Below are positions 12,680-25,331 of a stretch of 64,000 nt of DNA, piece by piece. The first letter of the stretch is position 1. Each line of letters opens with the position of its first letter. This DNA is from Octopus sinensis (lineage: Eukaryota): NCBI RefSeq assembly GCF_006345805.1, contig NW_021830468.1, positions 1 to 64,000 of the forward strand, written 5' to 3'. The notes under the pieces were generated by a model, which saw nothing but the letters and a program-made list of their open reading frames with translations, was not told where the DNA came from and did no database searches. Both the position numbers and the translations under genes were made by a program.

Positions 12680-12810
12680 AGGAAACCAACTAAAGACGAA
12701 GGGACCAACGAAATACGAAGTGACTAACTAAAGAGGAAGGGACCAACTAAAGGCGAAGGGACCAACTAAAGATGAAGGGACCAACTAAAGACGACGAAGG
12801 GACCAACAAT
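12680..12810. repeat. ~19-bp minisatellite (gaagggaccaactaaagac) at the Tc1 breakpoint
   Basis: About six imperfect contiguous copies. Confidence 0.85.
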
Positions 12811-13648
12811 TTCGTCCAAACAATTCAATTTTCGACTCGTCTGTCCATAGAACATTTTCCCAGAATGTATTAGATTTATCTTTATATTCATAAACAAATT
12901 TTAAACGGGCATCTCTATGTCTTTTAGTCAACAGCGGAGTTTTTCTAGGAGGGCGTGACTTCAGTTCATTCCTATGAAGTTCATTGCTGATTGTTCGTAG
13001 TGTAACACTAGTCCCTGAAGCTAACAAATCTTCTTGCAACTCCTTTCTGACGATCACTGCGTTTATTGTTTTCGATTCTTCGCTTAATTTTTACTAAAGA
13101 TCTAGGGGAAATCTTACGTGGTGCACCGGATCATATTCTGTTTTCAACAGTTCCCGATTCTTTATATCTTTGAATAAATGAAGATATGGTAGTAAATGGA
13201 ATACAAAGGGTCTCTGATATTTTCCTGCTTTCCATTGTTCAATAAATAAGTTTTTCACTGAATTTGTGAGTTCTTTACTTTTCGCCATTATTACGATACT
13301 ACTTTATTTTGTCTCAGTGCTGAATGAAGAAGCTAGTGTTGTGACACTTAAAAACTGATAAGATTATTGGAACAAACTAGAAAGTTTTAGTAAAATAAAA
13401 AAATTACTTTAACAGTATTTTGTGGCATAGAAAATCATAAATATATTCTGTACAAATACTTTTTTCACCCCTAAATATTTATAATTGTATATAAATTCAT
13501 TAGTTACTATAATTTATTAGTTTCTTTTGCATATTCTTAGTTTATACATGTGTAAGCCAATATAGTATTGGTATATCCCCTTTATGTTCATTAGAAATTA
13601 AATAAATGAAGAATTTTGACATGTACGAATATTTATTTCTCCCCACTG
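12800..13648 (-). mobile_element. Truncated Tc1-like transposon (5' TIR plus transposase N-terminal half)
   Basis: TIR ...tatttctccccactg|TA at 13620-13650. Minus strand reads MAKSKELT... and TISNELHRNELKSRPPRKTPLLTKRHRDARLKF...WENVLWTDESKIELFG (first catalytic D). Confidence 0.9.
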
Positions 13649-13901
13649 TATATATATATATATATATATACAGCAATATAGGATGAAGTCCCTTACTCTA
13701 CAGCAAAGGAATTCATCAGGAAGCGTGGGCACTATATTTAAAAAAACCGTTACGGTTGCAATATACATCAATATAATTAAGGGCTAAAGAGGGTTATTCT
13801 AAAGCCAAATCACTGTTTTAATCCACTTATAATCCGCTTGTTACAGGAAAATTGAAACTGAAAACGGGCAACTAACCTTTAGAAAATTTAAATTTCGTTA
13901 T

Positions 13902-13965
13902 CTCTATATTGAATCAATTTCGGACTTAATCTTATAAAAAAAGATATATTCCTTCTTCAGTAGAA
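13902..13965 (-). ncRNA. Type I hammerhead motif, intact core
   Basis: Reverse complement of the 14300-14362 motif. Confidence 0.7.
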
Positions 13966-14299
13966 CTTTCGATGGGATATAAATAAAATACTCACGTATG
14001 ATCATGGAAAAGCACAAGCTAAAAACATAACTACACTTGAGTACATCACTTATATCTAAAATAAAAATTCTTTGGTCAGCCTCAGAAAACAAACGTCCAG
14101 ACCTTTCGCCGCTACAAATTGTAATGGTTACCAGTCCTCCTGTAGCAGCATCGAGTTTACTACTAAGCAATATAGGATGAAGTCCCTTACTCTACAGCAA
14201 AGGAATCATCAGGAAGTGATGTACTCAAGTGTAGTTATGTTTTTAGCTTGTGCTTTTTCCATGATCATACGTGAGTATTTATTTATATCCCATCGAAAG

Positions 14300-14362
14300 T
14301 TCTACTGAAGAAGGAATATATCTTTTTTATAAGATTAAGTCCGAAATTGATTCAATATAGAG
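14300..14362 (+). ncRNA. Type I hammerhead motif, intact core
   Basis: ttcta-CTGAAGA-a-gga...tcc-GAAA-ttga(t)tcaat-a-tagag: 5-bp stem I, G10.1-C11.1 pair, near-palindromic stem III, AUA triplet (N17=14357). The next copy at ~14787-14848 has two 1-nt deletions. Confidence 0.7.
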
Positions 14363-15049
14363 ATAACGAAATTTAAATTTTCTAAAGGTTAGTTGCCCGT
14401 TTTCAGTTTCAATTTTCCTGTAACAAGCGGATTATAAGTGGATAAAACAGTGTATTGGCTTTAGAATAACCCTCTTAGCCCTAATTATATGATGTATATT
14501 GCAACCGTAACGGTTTTTTTAATATACTGCCCACGCTTCCTGATGAATTCCTTGCTGTAGAGTAGGGACTTCATCCTATATGCTTAGTAGTAAACTCGAT
14601 GCTTGCTACAGGAGGACTGGTAACCATTACAATTTGTAGCGGCGAAAGGTCTGGACGTTGTTTTCTGAGGCTGACCAAAGAATTTTTATTTTTAGATATA
14701 AGTGATGTACTCAAGTGTAGTTATGTTTTTAGCTTGTGCTTTTTCCATGATCATACGTGAGTATTTTATTTATATCCCATCGAAAGTTCTACTGAAGAAG
14801 AATATATCTTTTTTTATAGATTAAGTCCGAATTGATTCAATATAGAGATAACGAAATTTAAATTTTCTAAAGGTTAGTTGCCCGTTTTCAGTTTCAATTT
14901 TCCTGTAACAAGCGGATTATAAGTGGATAAAACAGTGTATTTGGCTTTAGAATAACCCTTTCCCTTAATTATATGATATTATATATATACATATATATAC
15001 ATATATATATATATATATACTATATAGATATATATATATATAATATAAT

Positions 15050-15103
<54 letters not shown>

Positions 15104-15249
15104 ATATATATATATATAATACAAAAATGGGACAAGAACGCAAAACATCCGGACAGACGATACAAAGAAAACAAGGACGTTTCATTCGGAGTTTTCTTTC
15201 CTCAGTCGAGTTCCTGCTGAAAAAAAATAAGGTTTCAAACAAAATACTT

Positions 15250-15450
15250 TTTACTATTGGCACAAGGTCTGCAATTTGGGGAAGGGGCTGTCGATAACAT
15301 CGACCCCAGTACTCAACTGGTACTTATTTTGTCCACTCCGATGTGATGAAAGACAGTATCGACCTCGGCGGGATTTGAACACAGAATATAAGACGGACGA
15401 AAATGCCGCTAAGCATTTATGCCTGACTGCTGACGTTTCTGCCAAAATAT
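15250..15450 (-). mobile_element. Meta-like SINE (type 2 tail), diverged
   Basis: Reverse complement of the head and central domain. Confidence 0.75.
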
Positions 15451-15503
15451 GAATTTATAAAGATGGAGAAACACATAGTTATAAACACGCATTACGCATT
15501 TCC

Positions 15504-15555
<52 letters not shown>

Positions 15556-15679
15556 AGACGAAGATCAAAAGCTTTATCCCATTAAATATGCCTGAATCAG
15601 TAAACTTGGCGGCTTCTTTGCTTTGCAAAAAATATATATAGATACACACATACAAAGCATACATGCATACACCCGTAAC

Positions 15680-15736
15680 TACATATTTGCGTAAATATAT
15701 CTTTGTGTCTATGTGTGTGTGTGCGTGTATGAGCAC

Positions 15737-15777
<41 letters not shown>

Positions 15778-15945
15778 CATATTTGCGTAAATATATCTGT
15801 GTGTCCATGTGTGTTCGTGTGCGTGTATGAGCACGTGTGTATATATATATATATATATATACATATTTGCGTAAATATATCTGTGTGTCCATGTGTGTTC
15901 GTGTGCGTGTATGAGCACGTGTGTATATATATATATACATACATA
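15680..15945. repeat. Three tandem copies of a ~80-bp unit containing (TA)n
   Basis: acatatttgcgtaaatatatct..gtgtgcgtgtatgagcacgtgtgtatata occurs three times. Confidence 0.85.
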
Positions 15946-16879
15946 TAAACGCACACATACATACACATACACACGCACATACACAAATACACTAACACGA
16001 ACATGCACACTTAACTTATAAATCAAAATGTTAAAAGCAAAAAATGGATACATATACATATATAGAACAATGCATACATCGATAAACACAATCATACACA
16101 CACACACGCACACGCACACACATATATATATAGCTATAATACATACATAACATATTATATATATACACATTATACATATACATATATATATTATATAATA
16201 TATAGTATATCTATATATATATTATATATATATAAATGTATATATATATATATATATAATATACATGTATATATATATATATATAAATGTATATATATAT
16301 GTATAATATACATATATATGTATATAAATAATGTACATACATGTAGATATAATATATATAATGTATATATATATATATATATCTAATATATTTAGTATAT
16401 ACGTGTATGTACATTTACACGCTAATGTTATGAGTGTGTGTAGATATGTATGCGTAGAAATACACACACAGGTAGACACATACATGTCTTGACATTACAC
16501 ACATTGCCACGTGTTCCTATAGACCCACATGCGTTTATGAAACGAAGCTGGATGTTAAAGGAAGAAACGAAGAATGCGAAGTGAATGGCGATGAGCCAGG
16601 TAGCAGAATGAAGAAGGGAGCACGGAGGAAGTAAGCGATGGACTCTGGGAAGCCTAGGAAAGAATAGATGTACGAGTTTGTGGGGGTGGGGGTGGGGGGA
16701 GGTTGGGTAGTAAGAGTAAAGCGTGGGGCGGGGGAAGATGGACGCAGGGAGTGAGTAGAGGTAGATATTGGGGAAGTTTAAGGGAAGAGGTAGGGAAAAT
16801 TTAAGGGATGTTGAAGAGGACAATGGAGGGAGAGAGAGAGAGAGAGAGAGAAGTTCGTGCTTTTAATAGGTCACCCCCA

Positions 16880-17570
16880 TCAAACGTGGTGGAGGTGGTG
16901 GCTGTGGCAGTGGTGGCGGTGGCGGCGGCAGTGGTAGCGATGGTGGTGATGGTGGTGGTGGCCGCGGCGGCGTCGTTTAGCAGCATCGATGGTCGTGGCG
17001 GTGGCGACAATGGCGGCGGCAGCAGCGATTGTGGTGGTGGTGGTTGTGGTGGTAGTAGCAGTGGTGGTCGTTGTGGAAGTGGTGTAGATGGTGGAGGTGG
17101 CGGTGGTGGAGATGGTAATAATGATAGTGATGGCTGCGTTAGCGATGGTGGTGGTGGTGGTAGAAGTGGCGGTGGCGGCGTTGGTGGTGGTAGGGGTGGT
17201 GATGGTGGTGATATGGTCGTCGTCGTCGTCGTGTAGGCGGCTGTGCTGTAAGTGGTGGAGGTGGCGGTGATTTAGTAGCGATGATGATGCTGATGGTGAT
17301 GGTGGTGGTGATGGTTGTGTTAGCGATGGTGGTGGTGGTGGTGGTGGTGGTGGTTGTGCTGGTGGCGTTTGTATTGGTAGTGGTGATGATAGCAGCGGCA
17401 GTGGTGGTGGTGGTGATGGTGGTGGTGGTGGTGGTGGTGGTGGTGGTTGTGGTGGTGGTGGTGGTGGTGGTGGGGAAGGTGGTGGTGGAGGTGGTAGCGG
17501 TGGTGGTGGTGATGGTGACGGTGGTAACGTGGCTGGTGTTGAGTAGGGATGGAATAGTAATGATAGTAAC
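16880..17570. repeat. Degenerate (GGT)n tract
   Basis: Directly visible. Confidence 0.95.
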
Positions 17571-17779
17571 GGTGATAGTATATTTCGTTATAGTCTAAGC
17601 GGTAGTAATGATGCAGGTAAGAGGCAGAGGCGAAGCTTTTCATGATGGTAGTCGTGGAGATAGCAGTGAAGAATCTTGTAACCGTAAACGAAACGTAAAG
17701 GATTCTTCTTTGATAATAAGCATTGAAAACGCGTCCAGAAACAATAAATTCGGTTCCAAAGTCAGCAGAACCATTTCCA

Positions 17780-18060
17780 ATAAACCATAACCTGGAAAAA
17801 TTCGAAATGGATGTCCTTATAGACATTAAAACAGTATAATTTCATAATCACAGAACAATTTGAGAACACATTCAACGAACGATTATTGCCCATCAATAAT
17901 TCAGTCAAATATGCAGAGGTACAAGATAGGACTGTGTGCAGTTTATTGTTAGAAAACAAAAGTAAAGAATGATAATATAAAATTTTATTCTTAATACGTT
18001 CCAGCACATTCGAGCGTGAATATGCTAGCTGATTTTGTAATTCGTCATTGGACAACTACC
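17780..18060 (+). mobile_element. Decayed PLE GIY-YIG endonuclease remnant
   Basis: The + strand reads FENTFNERLLPINNSVKYAEVQDRTVCSLLLENKSKE**YKILFLIRSSTFEREYAS*FCN, which aligns by eye to the Penelope TENTFKER..H..S.....T.LS..IWELK....Y.I.W.IL.RSS.Y....C pattern. Confidence 0.45.
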
Positions 18061-18189
18061 ATTTTCAGAGAAATGTCTATTCATAACATATTCGATTCAG
18101 TAATGTATGGGACTTTGGATACCCGCTGTTTCGACATCATTGCGTCTCCTCAGCCAGTGCTACCGCGGACTAATGAAGCTAACAAATGA

Positions 18190-19000
18190 TATTACTTACT
18201 TGTACTTGCGGTGTCATTCAGCCGGGCTAGGTTGAGCCTGCTCCGACCAACGGCTTCATCATGTCCCTTACGAATGCTAATCTCATCCGACGGACAAATG
18301 CTTCCCTCGGAGAGCAAGTGGGTTAGATAGCGCGGACGCCGTAACCCCTGTCGTCATTTGCTGCTTAGATGTAGAGTTCGTGTTTGGAATTGCAGTGGGA
18401 ATACAATTTCACATGTAGTCCCCGGTCCCGTGCATACCCACTTTAGGATGTTGTAATCCGTAGCAGTTCATCTTGCCATTGATTGTCGACCGTGGGAGAG
18501 TATTCATCGACCAAATCACCACCGATCGTCGAAGCGGATGCAGCCTGGATTTGAAGAGGGTTCCAGAAACATGCTTTAACAAAAACTGACGAGTGCTTCA
18601 CCATTTAGCTTTATTGGCACTTAATCACTGGATTCTGCAAACAGATTATTTGTTGAAGTGTACCGAAACCATTCTAATGATAGCAAATCGTCATTGTGTG
18701 CTGAGAAGCGAGAATCAATACAACTTATGCATTCATTCTGACTAAGTTCCATCAGATCGGAACGTAAACATGGTAATCTGTATTGTATGTCTTCATTGGA
18801 ATACGGCTTGTTTGACACGAATGCGTCTGCGTAACACATTCGGTTCATTAATGAAAGGGGTCTTTCAGACATCCAGTGCTTTGAGTTCGTTGTTCCTCCT
18901 CAACCAAAGTAAACCCGGATTAATGAATTTAGCAAGTGCTTCAGCCTTTTGTTTAGAAATTCAGCAAATAAAATATATATTTCATGATGCTTGCTGATTT
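18190..19000 (-). mobile_element. Highly decayed RTE-like LINE 3' fragment
   Basis: Minus strand MCYADAFVSNKPYSNEDIQYRLPCL resembles the RT LxYADD..S.EDLQ..L motif. The element ends in a caagta-caagtaagtaa-type tail at ~18190-18208. Confidence 0.4.
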
Positions 19001-19294
19001 CTGACAGCTGATAATGAATTATTATCTGCACGATAAAGATTAGCAAGAATACAAAAAAAAAAAAAAATGACCCCCCATATTCATTAATCATTACTTCTGG
19101 CAGATTCGAACGTGAACCAACTAATCGCTGTTGTCCTTCGTTATTTCAAAACAGCTTCTTTTAGAAGAATATATGTTCACAACAGTCGATTCATTATGAT
19201 AAAGGGACGCATTTAACCGCAGTAAACCAGACAGAATGCTTCGTTTACGCATATCCTACACAACACTCAAAATTTCAGGCATTGTGCCTATTGA

Positions 19295-19310
19295 ATCATC
19301 ATCATCATCA

Positions 19311-19357
<47 letters not shown>

Positions 19358-19469
19358 CATCATCATCATCATCATCATCATCAACTTCATCATCATCATC
19401 ATAATCATCATCATCATCTTCATCATCACCATTCATCATCATCACCATCATCATCCTCATCACCATCAC

Positions 19470-19506
<37 letters not shown>

Positions 19507-19520
19507 TTCATCACCATTAT
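19295..19520. repeat. (CAT)n tract, followed by a diverged Meta-like SINE (19525-19710, +)
   Basis: Directly visible. Confidence 0.9.
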
Positions 19521-20164
19521 CGACGGGGCGAGTTGGCAGAATCTTTGGCATTCCGGACAAAATGCTTAGCGGCGTTTCGTTCGTCATTGTGTTCTGAGAT
19601 CAAATTCTACTGAGATCGCCCTTGGTCTTTATTCTTTCGGACCGATAAAATATATACCAGTAAAGCACTAAGGTTGATTTAATGGGCATGTCCCCTCGCC
19701 CGAATAAAAATAATAATAATTGCTGTTGATGTTTTATTGGTAGATGCCTGGAAGCTTCGGTGGTAGAACGTATTTATGTAATATATATATATCTGTGGTG
19801 TTGTGTTCGTGTTGTATCGCCAATTGTTATGACGCTACTTGTTTTACACTATAAGTGTGGTGTAACAATAAAACATATAACGAAACGAAGCCGGGTAACA
19901 ACAAGGTAACAATCTTCCAAACTCGCCGTGAACCCTCCACGAACCAACAAATGATATTTCGGCAAACTACCAAAACGACACTTTACGACTGCCTGCGAAT
20001 AACGCCTAATCTCCCCCCTCTCTCTCTCACTTAGACCGCTACTGTCTGTAGCCGTTCGGCCTGTCTATTCTCGTAGGGGATGAAGAGACTCTCGCCGCAA
20101 CAGTTGTGTATGTTAGAAACAGAGTGGTGGTGCAGGGCGAAGGAATGGTAAATAAAGAAATTAT

Positions 20165-20790
20165 GTCTTTCTACTCTAGGCACAAGGGTCAGAATTTTGG
20201 GGGAAGGTGGGGGGGGCAGTCGATCAGATTGACCCAACTATGCAACTGGTACTTAATTTAGCGACCCCGAAAGGATGAAAAGCAAAGTCGACCTCGGCGG
20301 AATTTGAACTCACAACGTAACGACAAGCGAAATACCTATTTCTTTATTACCCACAAGGGTCTAAACACAGAGAGGACAAACAAGGACAGACATAGGTATT
20401 AAGTCGATTACATCGACCCAGTGCGTAACTGGTACTTAATTTATCGACCCCGAAAGGATGAAAGGCAAAGTCGACCTCGGCGGAATTTGAACTCAGAACG
20501 TAGAGGCAGACGAAATACCGCTTAGCATTTCGCCCGGCGTGCTAACGTTTCTGCCAGGTCGCCGCCTTAAATATTTTATTCTTCTCTACTATAGGCATAA
20601 GGCCCGAAATTTTGTGGGAGGGGACCAGTCGATAAGATCGACCGTAGTACGCTACTTGTACTTACTTTATCAAATCCAAAAGGATGAAAGGCAAAGTCGA
20701 CCTCGGCAGAATTTGAACTCAGAACATAAAGACAGACGAAATACAACTAAGCATTTCGCCCGGCGTGCTACGTTTCTGCCAGCTCACCGC
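20165..20790 (-). mobile_element. Composite of three Meta-like SINE units
   Basis: In sense order: full SINE (tail 2), full SINE (tail 1), headless body (tail 2) joined at aaatag|gtattt. Confidence 0.85.
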
Positions 20791-20914
20791 ATTAAATAAA
20801 GAAATTATTGACGTATAAACTAAGGGAGAGAGGAAGAGAAAGAGAGAAAGAAGAGCGAAAGACGAAAAACAACAGAGAGATACTATGTTTGTACTTATAT
20901 ACATACATAATGTA

Positions 20915-21182
20915 TGTACGACGACGAGGGTTCCAGTTGAACCGATCTACGGAACAGCCTGCTCGTGAAATTAACGCGCCAGTGGTTGAGTATTCCGCAG
21001 ATATGCGGACACTTAGCGTCATATATATGACGGGCCTCTTTCAGTTTCCGTCTACCAAATCCATTCACAAGGCTTTGGTCGGCCCAAGAATATAGTAGAA
21101 GGCACTTGCCCAAGGTGCCATACAGTGAAACTGGATCCGGAACCATGTGGTTGGTAAGCAAGCTACTTACCACACAGCCACA
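20915..21182 (-). mobile_element. Family 3 SINE tail (20915-21020) plus CORE-SINE head (21028-21182)
   Basis: Reverse complements of cgttaatttcacgagcaggctgttccg...ggaaccctcgtcgtcg and ggcaccttgggcaagtgccttctactata. Confidence 0.75.
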
Positions 21183-21197
21183 AACACACACACACGC

Positions 21198-21285
<88 letters not shown>

Positions 21286-21289
21286 TAAG

Positions 21290-21515
21290 GTGGCGAGCTG
21301 GCAGAAACGTTAGCGCGCCGGGCGAAATGCTTAGCGGTATTTCTTCTGCCATTACGTTCTGAGTTCAAATTCCGCCGAGGTCGACCTTGCCTTTCATTCT
21401 TTCGGGGCGATAAATTTAAGTACCAGTTACGCACTGGGGTCGATGTAATCGACTTAATCCCTTTGTCTGTCCTTGTTTGTCCCCTCTGTGTTTAGCTCCT
21501 TGTGGGCAATAAAGA
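21290..21515 (+). mobile_element. Full Meta-like SINE (tail 1)
   Basis: Close to family consensus; inserted in (TA)n. Confidence 0.88.
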
Positions 21516-21516
21516 A

Positions 21517-21559
<43 letters not shown>

Positions 21560-21879
21560 TATGAGATCTAAACACATAGGCATAATGTGCATTCTGTCAC
21601 ATAGTTTACACATACGTACTTACATATACGTGTGTGTGTATGTTTATGTGTGTTTGTGTGTGTGTGTGTGTGGGGGGGGAATGAGGTTTAGTGTATAATT
21701 CAACGCATGAGGGTACGTTCGCTTTTACTAATTGCTAGAAAGCAATAAAGTGAGTTAGTGGCCCAGTGTAGAGTTTCCTATATGGCACCTCTCGGGTCTT
21801 TGAGTCACTTTTTGTTCCTTTCTACCGATTGAAACTATGTTCAGACACAGACAAATATAGACACACGCATATGAATGGA

Positions 21880-22137
21880 CAGAGAGAGAGATTGAGAGAG
21901 GGGGAACAGATACAAGGAAAGAGAGAGGGTGAAAGGGAGATAGAAAGAGAGAGAAGTAGAGAGCTTGATAGATAGATAGATAGAGACAGACAAAGAGAGA
22001 GATAGGTATGTATGTATGTATGTATGTATGTATGTATGTAGGTAGGTAGGTAGGTAGGCAGGTAGAAATATATGCAGAGAAACACAGATAGATAAACAGA
22101 CAGACAGACAAACAGGCATACATACATACAGACAGAA

Positions 22138-22208
<71 letters not shown>

Positions 22209-22265
22209 CAGGTAGATAGATCGATCGATAGATAGATAGATAGATAGATAGATAGACAGACAGGC

Positions 22266-22308
<43 letters not shown>

Positions 22309-22335
22309 GAGAGGAGAGAGAGAGAGAGAGAGATG
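21880..22335. repeat. (GA)n/(TATG)n/(GACA)n/(GATA)n compound tetranucleotide tract
   Basis: Directly visible. Confidence 0.95.
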
Positions 22336-23459
22336 AATGGATAGATAGACGTGTATGGATAGGTACAAATAAAGAGAACATGATAAATGACAGGCACTCA
22401 CCAAAGATAAAAGAAGAGAGAGAGAGTGAGGGGGAGCGCTGGGGGAGAGAGGTATTTAAGCGATTGTGCGTAGAAGTCGGACATATTGAAAATTGAGATA
22501 AAAAGCCATAGTCGAGGTAGGTGGAGAAATGGGTGTGTTCGGTTTGATGGGACGGATGTAGAGAGACAAAGTGCCCCCCTGGGGTGACACACTTATAAAG
22601 GGAGACAATAAAGATATTGTAGATGAGGTTGGGCTGGTAATGTGTGGGTTAGTTGGTAGACATTCTTCGTAATAGTTGAAGCGACTGTGGTGGTTGTGGT
22701 GGTGGTGTGGCAGTAGGGGTGGTCGTGGTGGTGGTGAATGTGGAGATGGTGGTGGTGGTGTTGTGGTGGAGGCGGCGGTGGTAAGGAGGCGGTGGCAGCA
22801 GTAGTGTTGCTAGTAGTAATAGAGGTGGTTGTGGTGGTAGTGGTAGTGGTAGTGGTGGTTTCAGTTGATGCTGTTTAGGTTCTAGTGGTGATGGTCATGA
22901 AAATAATAATTGATTTTCCAGTTGTGGTAATGGTGGTGGTGGGGGCGGGGTTGAGTAAGGGTAGGTATTTTAAGATGGCAGTAGTGGTGATGGTGGGGAG
23001 ATAGGTGGTGATGATGAAGAGGAGGAGAGAAGGTTGTAGGCGATGATGAGGATGAGGGCGACGGAGATGGCGAAGATGATGATGATGATAATGATAATGA
23101 TGACAACGAGGTCGACAGTGATGATGAAGAGGAGGAGGGGGAGGAGAAGGGGAATGAAGAGGGTATGATCGTGGTGAGGATGATGATGATGATGATGATG
23201 ATGAGAAGGATGACGTAGGGGAAGAGGATGGAAGCGATGAAGATGAAGATGATGATGATGGGGGTGATAACGATAATGATGATGAGGAGCAGGAGAGGAG
23301 AACGAGGTTGATCACGGTCGTAGTGGGGATGGTGATGATGGTGATGATGTACGTATTGCTTTCTGGTAAGACGTTTGCTTTCCATCCACATAGTTCTGGC
23401 TTTAGTCCCACAGCGTAGCATCTTGGGTAGCCTCAGCCGGCCAAAGCATTCTGAGTGGA

Positions 23460-23506
<47 letters not shown>

Positions 23507-23507
23507 A

Positions 23508-23778
23508 CAGCTTCTAACGCTGGAGATATACTCCGCCGTCAGCTGTTCAGTACCAGTGAACTAAAGTAACACCCCTTATTTTTCGAGCACCTTTCGGAGT
23601 AATTGAGCGGTTCCAAGATCTGATGTTTTCTGCAAGAGCTCCACCCTTATTGCAGCCCCTATTTGTCCCATGTACTTTTCACTCTTCCCAGGGCTCCGAC
23701 AATTATTGGTATTACTGCTACCTTTTTCATCGACCATAACTGCTTAACTTCTCAACAACCTGTCATATCTCTCGACTT
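23508..23778 (-). mobile_element. R4/Dong-like LINE 3' fragment
   Basis: Minus strand reads EVKQLWSMKKVAVIPIIVGALG. The 3' UTR matches 55322-55400 and runs into (TAA)n. Confidence 0.8.
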
Positions 23779-23780
23779 TT

Positions 23781-23830
<50 letters not shown>

Positions 23831-23861
23831 TATCATCATCATCATCATTATCATCATCATC

Positions 23862-23900
<39 letters not shown>

Positions 23901-23919
23901 GAAGACATCGCACGGCAAT

Positions 23920-24110
23920 GAGCTGGCAGAATCTTTAGCACGCCGGACGAAATGCTTTGCGGTGTTTCGTCTGTCTTTACGTTCTGAGTTCAAACTCCGC
24001 CGAGGTTGATTTTGCTTTTCACCCTTTATGCACTGGGGTCGATGCAATCGACTTAATTCCTTCCTCCAAATTTGAGGCCTCGTGCTTCCAGGGGAAATGA
24101 TTATTTAAGA
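23920..24110 (+). mobile_element. Meta-like SINE, diverged
   Basis: Head gagctggcagaatctttagcacgccgg and central domain. Confidence 0.7.
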
Positions 24111-24139
24111 CGTCGCACAGTATGCAATAACGTGATGTT

Positions 24140-24690
24140 GATTGAATATATTGTCTAGTAGGGGTTTGTACTGTTTGTCAAGTCACAACAAGGATCTCAG
24201 ACACAGTACTTCACGCAATATGCGTGCAGTTCCAAGTAATGCCAATTTTTGGAATACACCTAGATTGTAGGGTAATTCTAAAGTTTCCAGATGTTACTTC
24301 AGTTTGGGTGGTATTGAACCCAATGCTCCGGAGACAATAGTGACAAACTTTGTGTTTGACTCTCGTAGCTGCCGCATCTTGTCTCCATATATATCAGTTT
24401 TTCTTTCATGATAATATGTTGATCTCCTGGAATTGCCACGTCGGTTATTAGGCACTCTCGTTTGTCCCCACTAAAAGTTTATATAGCTGGCCTTCGGCGC
24501 TCCAACAACTTTTCTGTCTGGAAGTCAAACTCCCAGAGGATTTTTGCCTCCCACTTTTCGTCCATTACATTTTCAGTTTGCTCCGATGACAATAGCAACA
24601 ACCTTTATATTTGACTCTCGTAGCTGCCACATCTTGGCGATCTCAATTCTCAGGTCACCATATTTATCTGTCTTTTCTCTTTCTTTCGTG
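24140..24690 (-). mobile_element. R4/Dong-like LINE fragment (restriction-like endonuclease region) with internal duplications
   Basis: Minus strand reads LALLGTARILREVL. Closely related to 52695-53150. Confidence 0.75.
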
Positions 24691-24750
24691 ATAATATGTT
24701 GATCTCCTGGCACTGCCACGTTGATATATTATTATCACAATCATTATTAT

Positions 24751-25291
24751 TGAGTGAGAGAGCAGTGCATGCCATCAAAGTGACACTGGGGTACAAATAT
24801 ACGAAGTCCAGTATACTCATCATGACAACCCATCTGGTAAGGGTACACCACACACATGCGTCTCAACCATATACGCACGCATATCAAGATAAACAGCGCA
24901 TGATTTTGCAGGTGGGGCCCAGTTAGTAATTTATTCTGGTCGAGTGGACCATTCCGTTCAAAATATCCCTAAATAAGGGTTGTTGAAGGATGTTGAACGA
25001 AACACCCATTTTTCCAGAGGTGAATTATTCAAACTTCATAGAATTCCTCTCAACACGAGGCTGTGATGCTCCCCCACTAATTCTGCTCGTGACCAGAGAT
25101 GCACATATCCTCAGCCACCAAGGGACATGCTCAACTGGTTATGGTCAAACAAGTGAAAAGTAAATCCTTGGTATTGAACAGATTATATTTGTTGCAGCAC
25201 ATCTTTTATACCAGCACAAAACAATGTACATAATAACACTTCCAATCAGTTGAGATGAGAAGTCTACTACTACCTGGTACTGCATCAGGGC
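24751..25291 (-). mobile_element. ~550-bp non-coding retroposon with (TAA)n tail, no tRNA head
   Basis: Same family at 25331-25430, 26154-26693, 26793-27147 and 54543-55097. Every copy is embedded in (TAA)n, and partial copies lack the 5' end. Confidence 0.75.
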
Positions 25292-25292
25292 A

Positions 25293-25331
<39 letters not shown>

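Larger units (their letters stand above)
13672..14977. mobile_element. Foldback array of a ~490-bp HHR-bearing unit between (TA)n tracts (retrozyme- or PLE pLTR-like)
   Basis: The left arm 13672-14216 repeats agcaatataggatg at 13672 and 14166 (period 494). The right arm 14216-14977 is the reverse complement and repeats gtgatgtac at 14216 and 14702. Confidence 0.85.

Noticed and set aside
12680-12810. 19-bp repeats as a CRISPR-like array
   Set aside because: The repeats are contiguous with no unique spacers, there are no cas genes, and the context is eukaryotic.
14535-14580. Second CTGATGA in the 490-bp unit as another hammerhead
   Set aside because: It has no G10.1-C11.1 stem followed by GAAA, and it simply folds as a hairpin (gatgaa/ttcatc).
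17995-18033. YVPAHSSVNMLAD as an RNase H motif
   Set aside because: Another frame gives a longer match to a PLE endonuclease, and the upstream RNase H acidic motifs are absent.
18215-18290. HDV-like ribozyme fold
   Set aside because: P1 and P2-like pairings exist, but no P1.1 GG follows P1'. The segment reads better as the antisense of a LINE 3' end.
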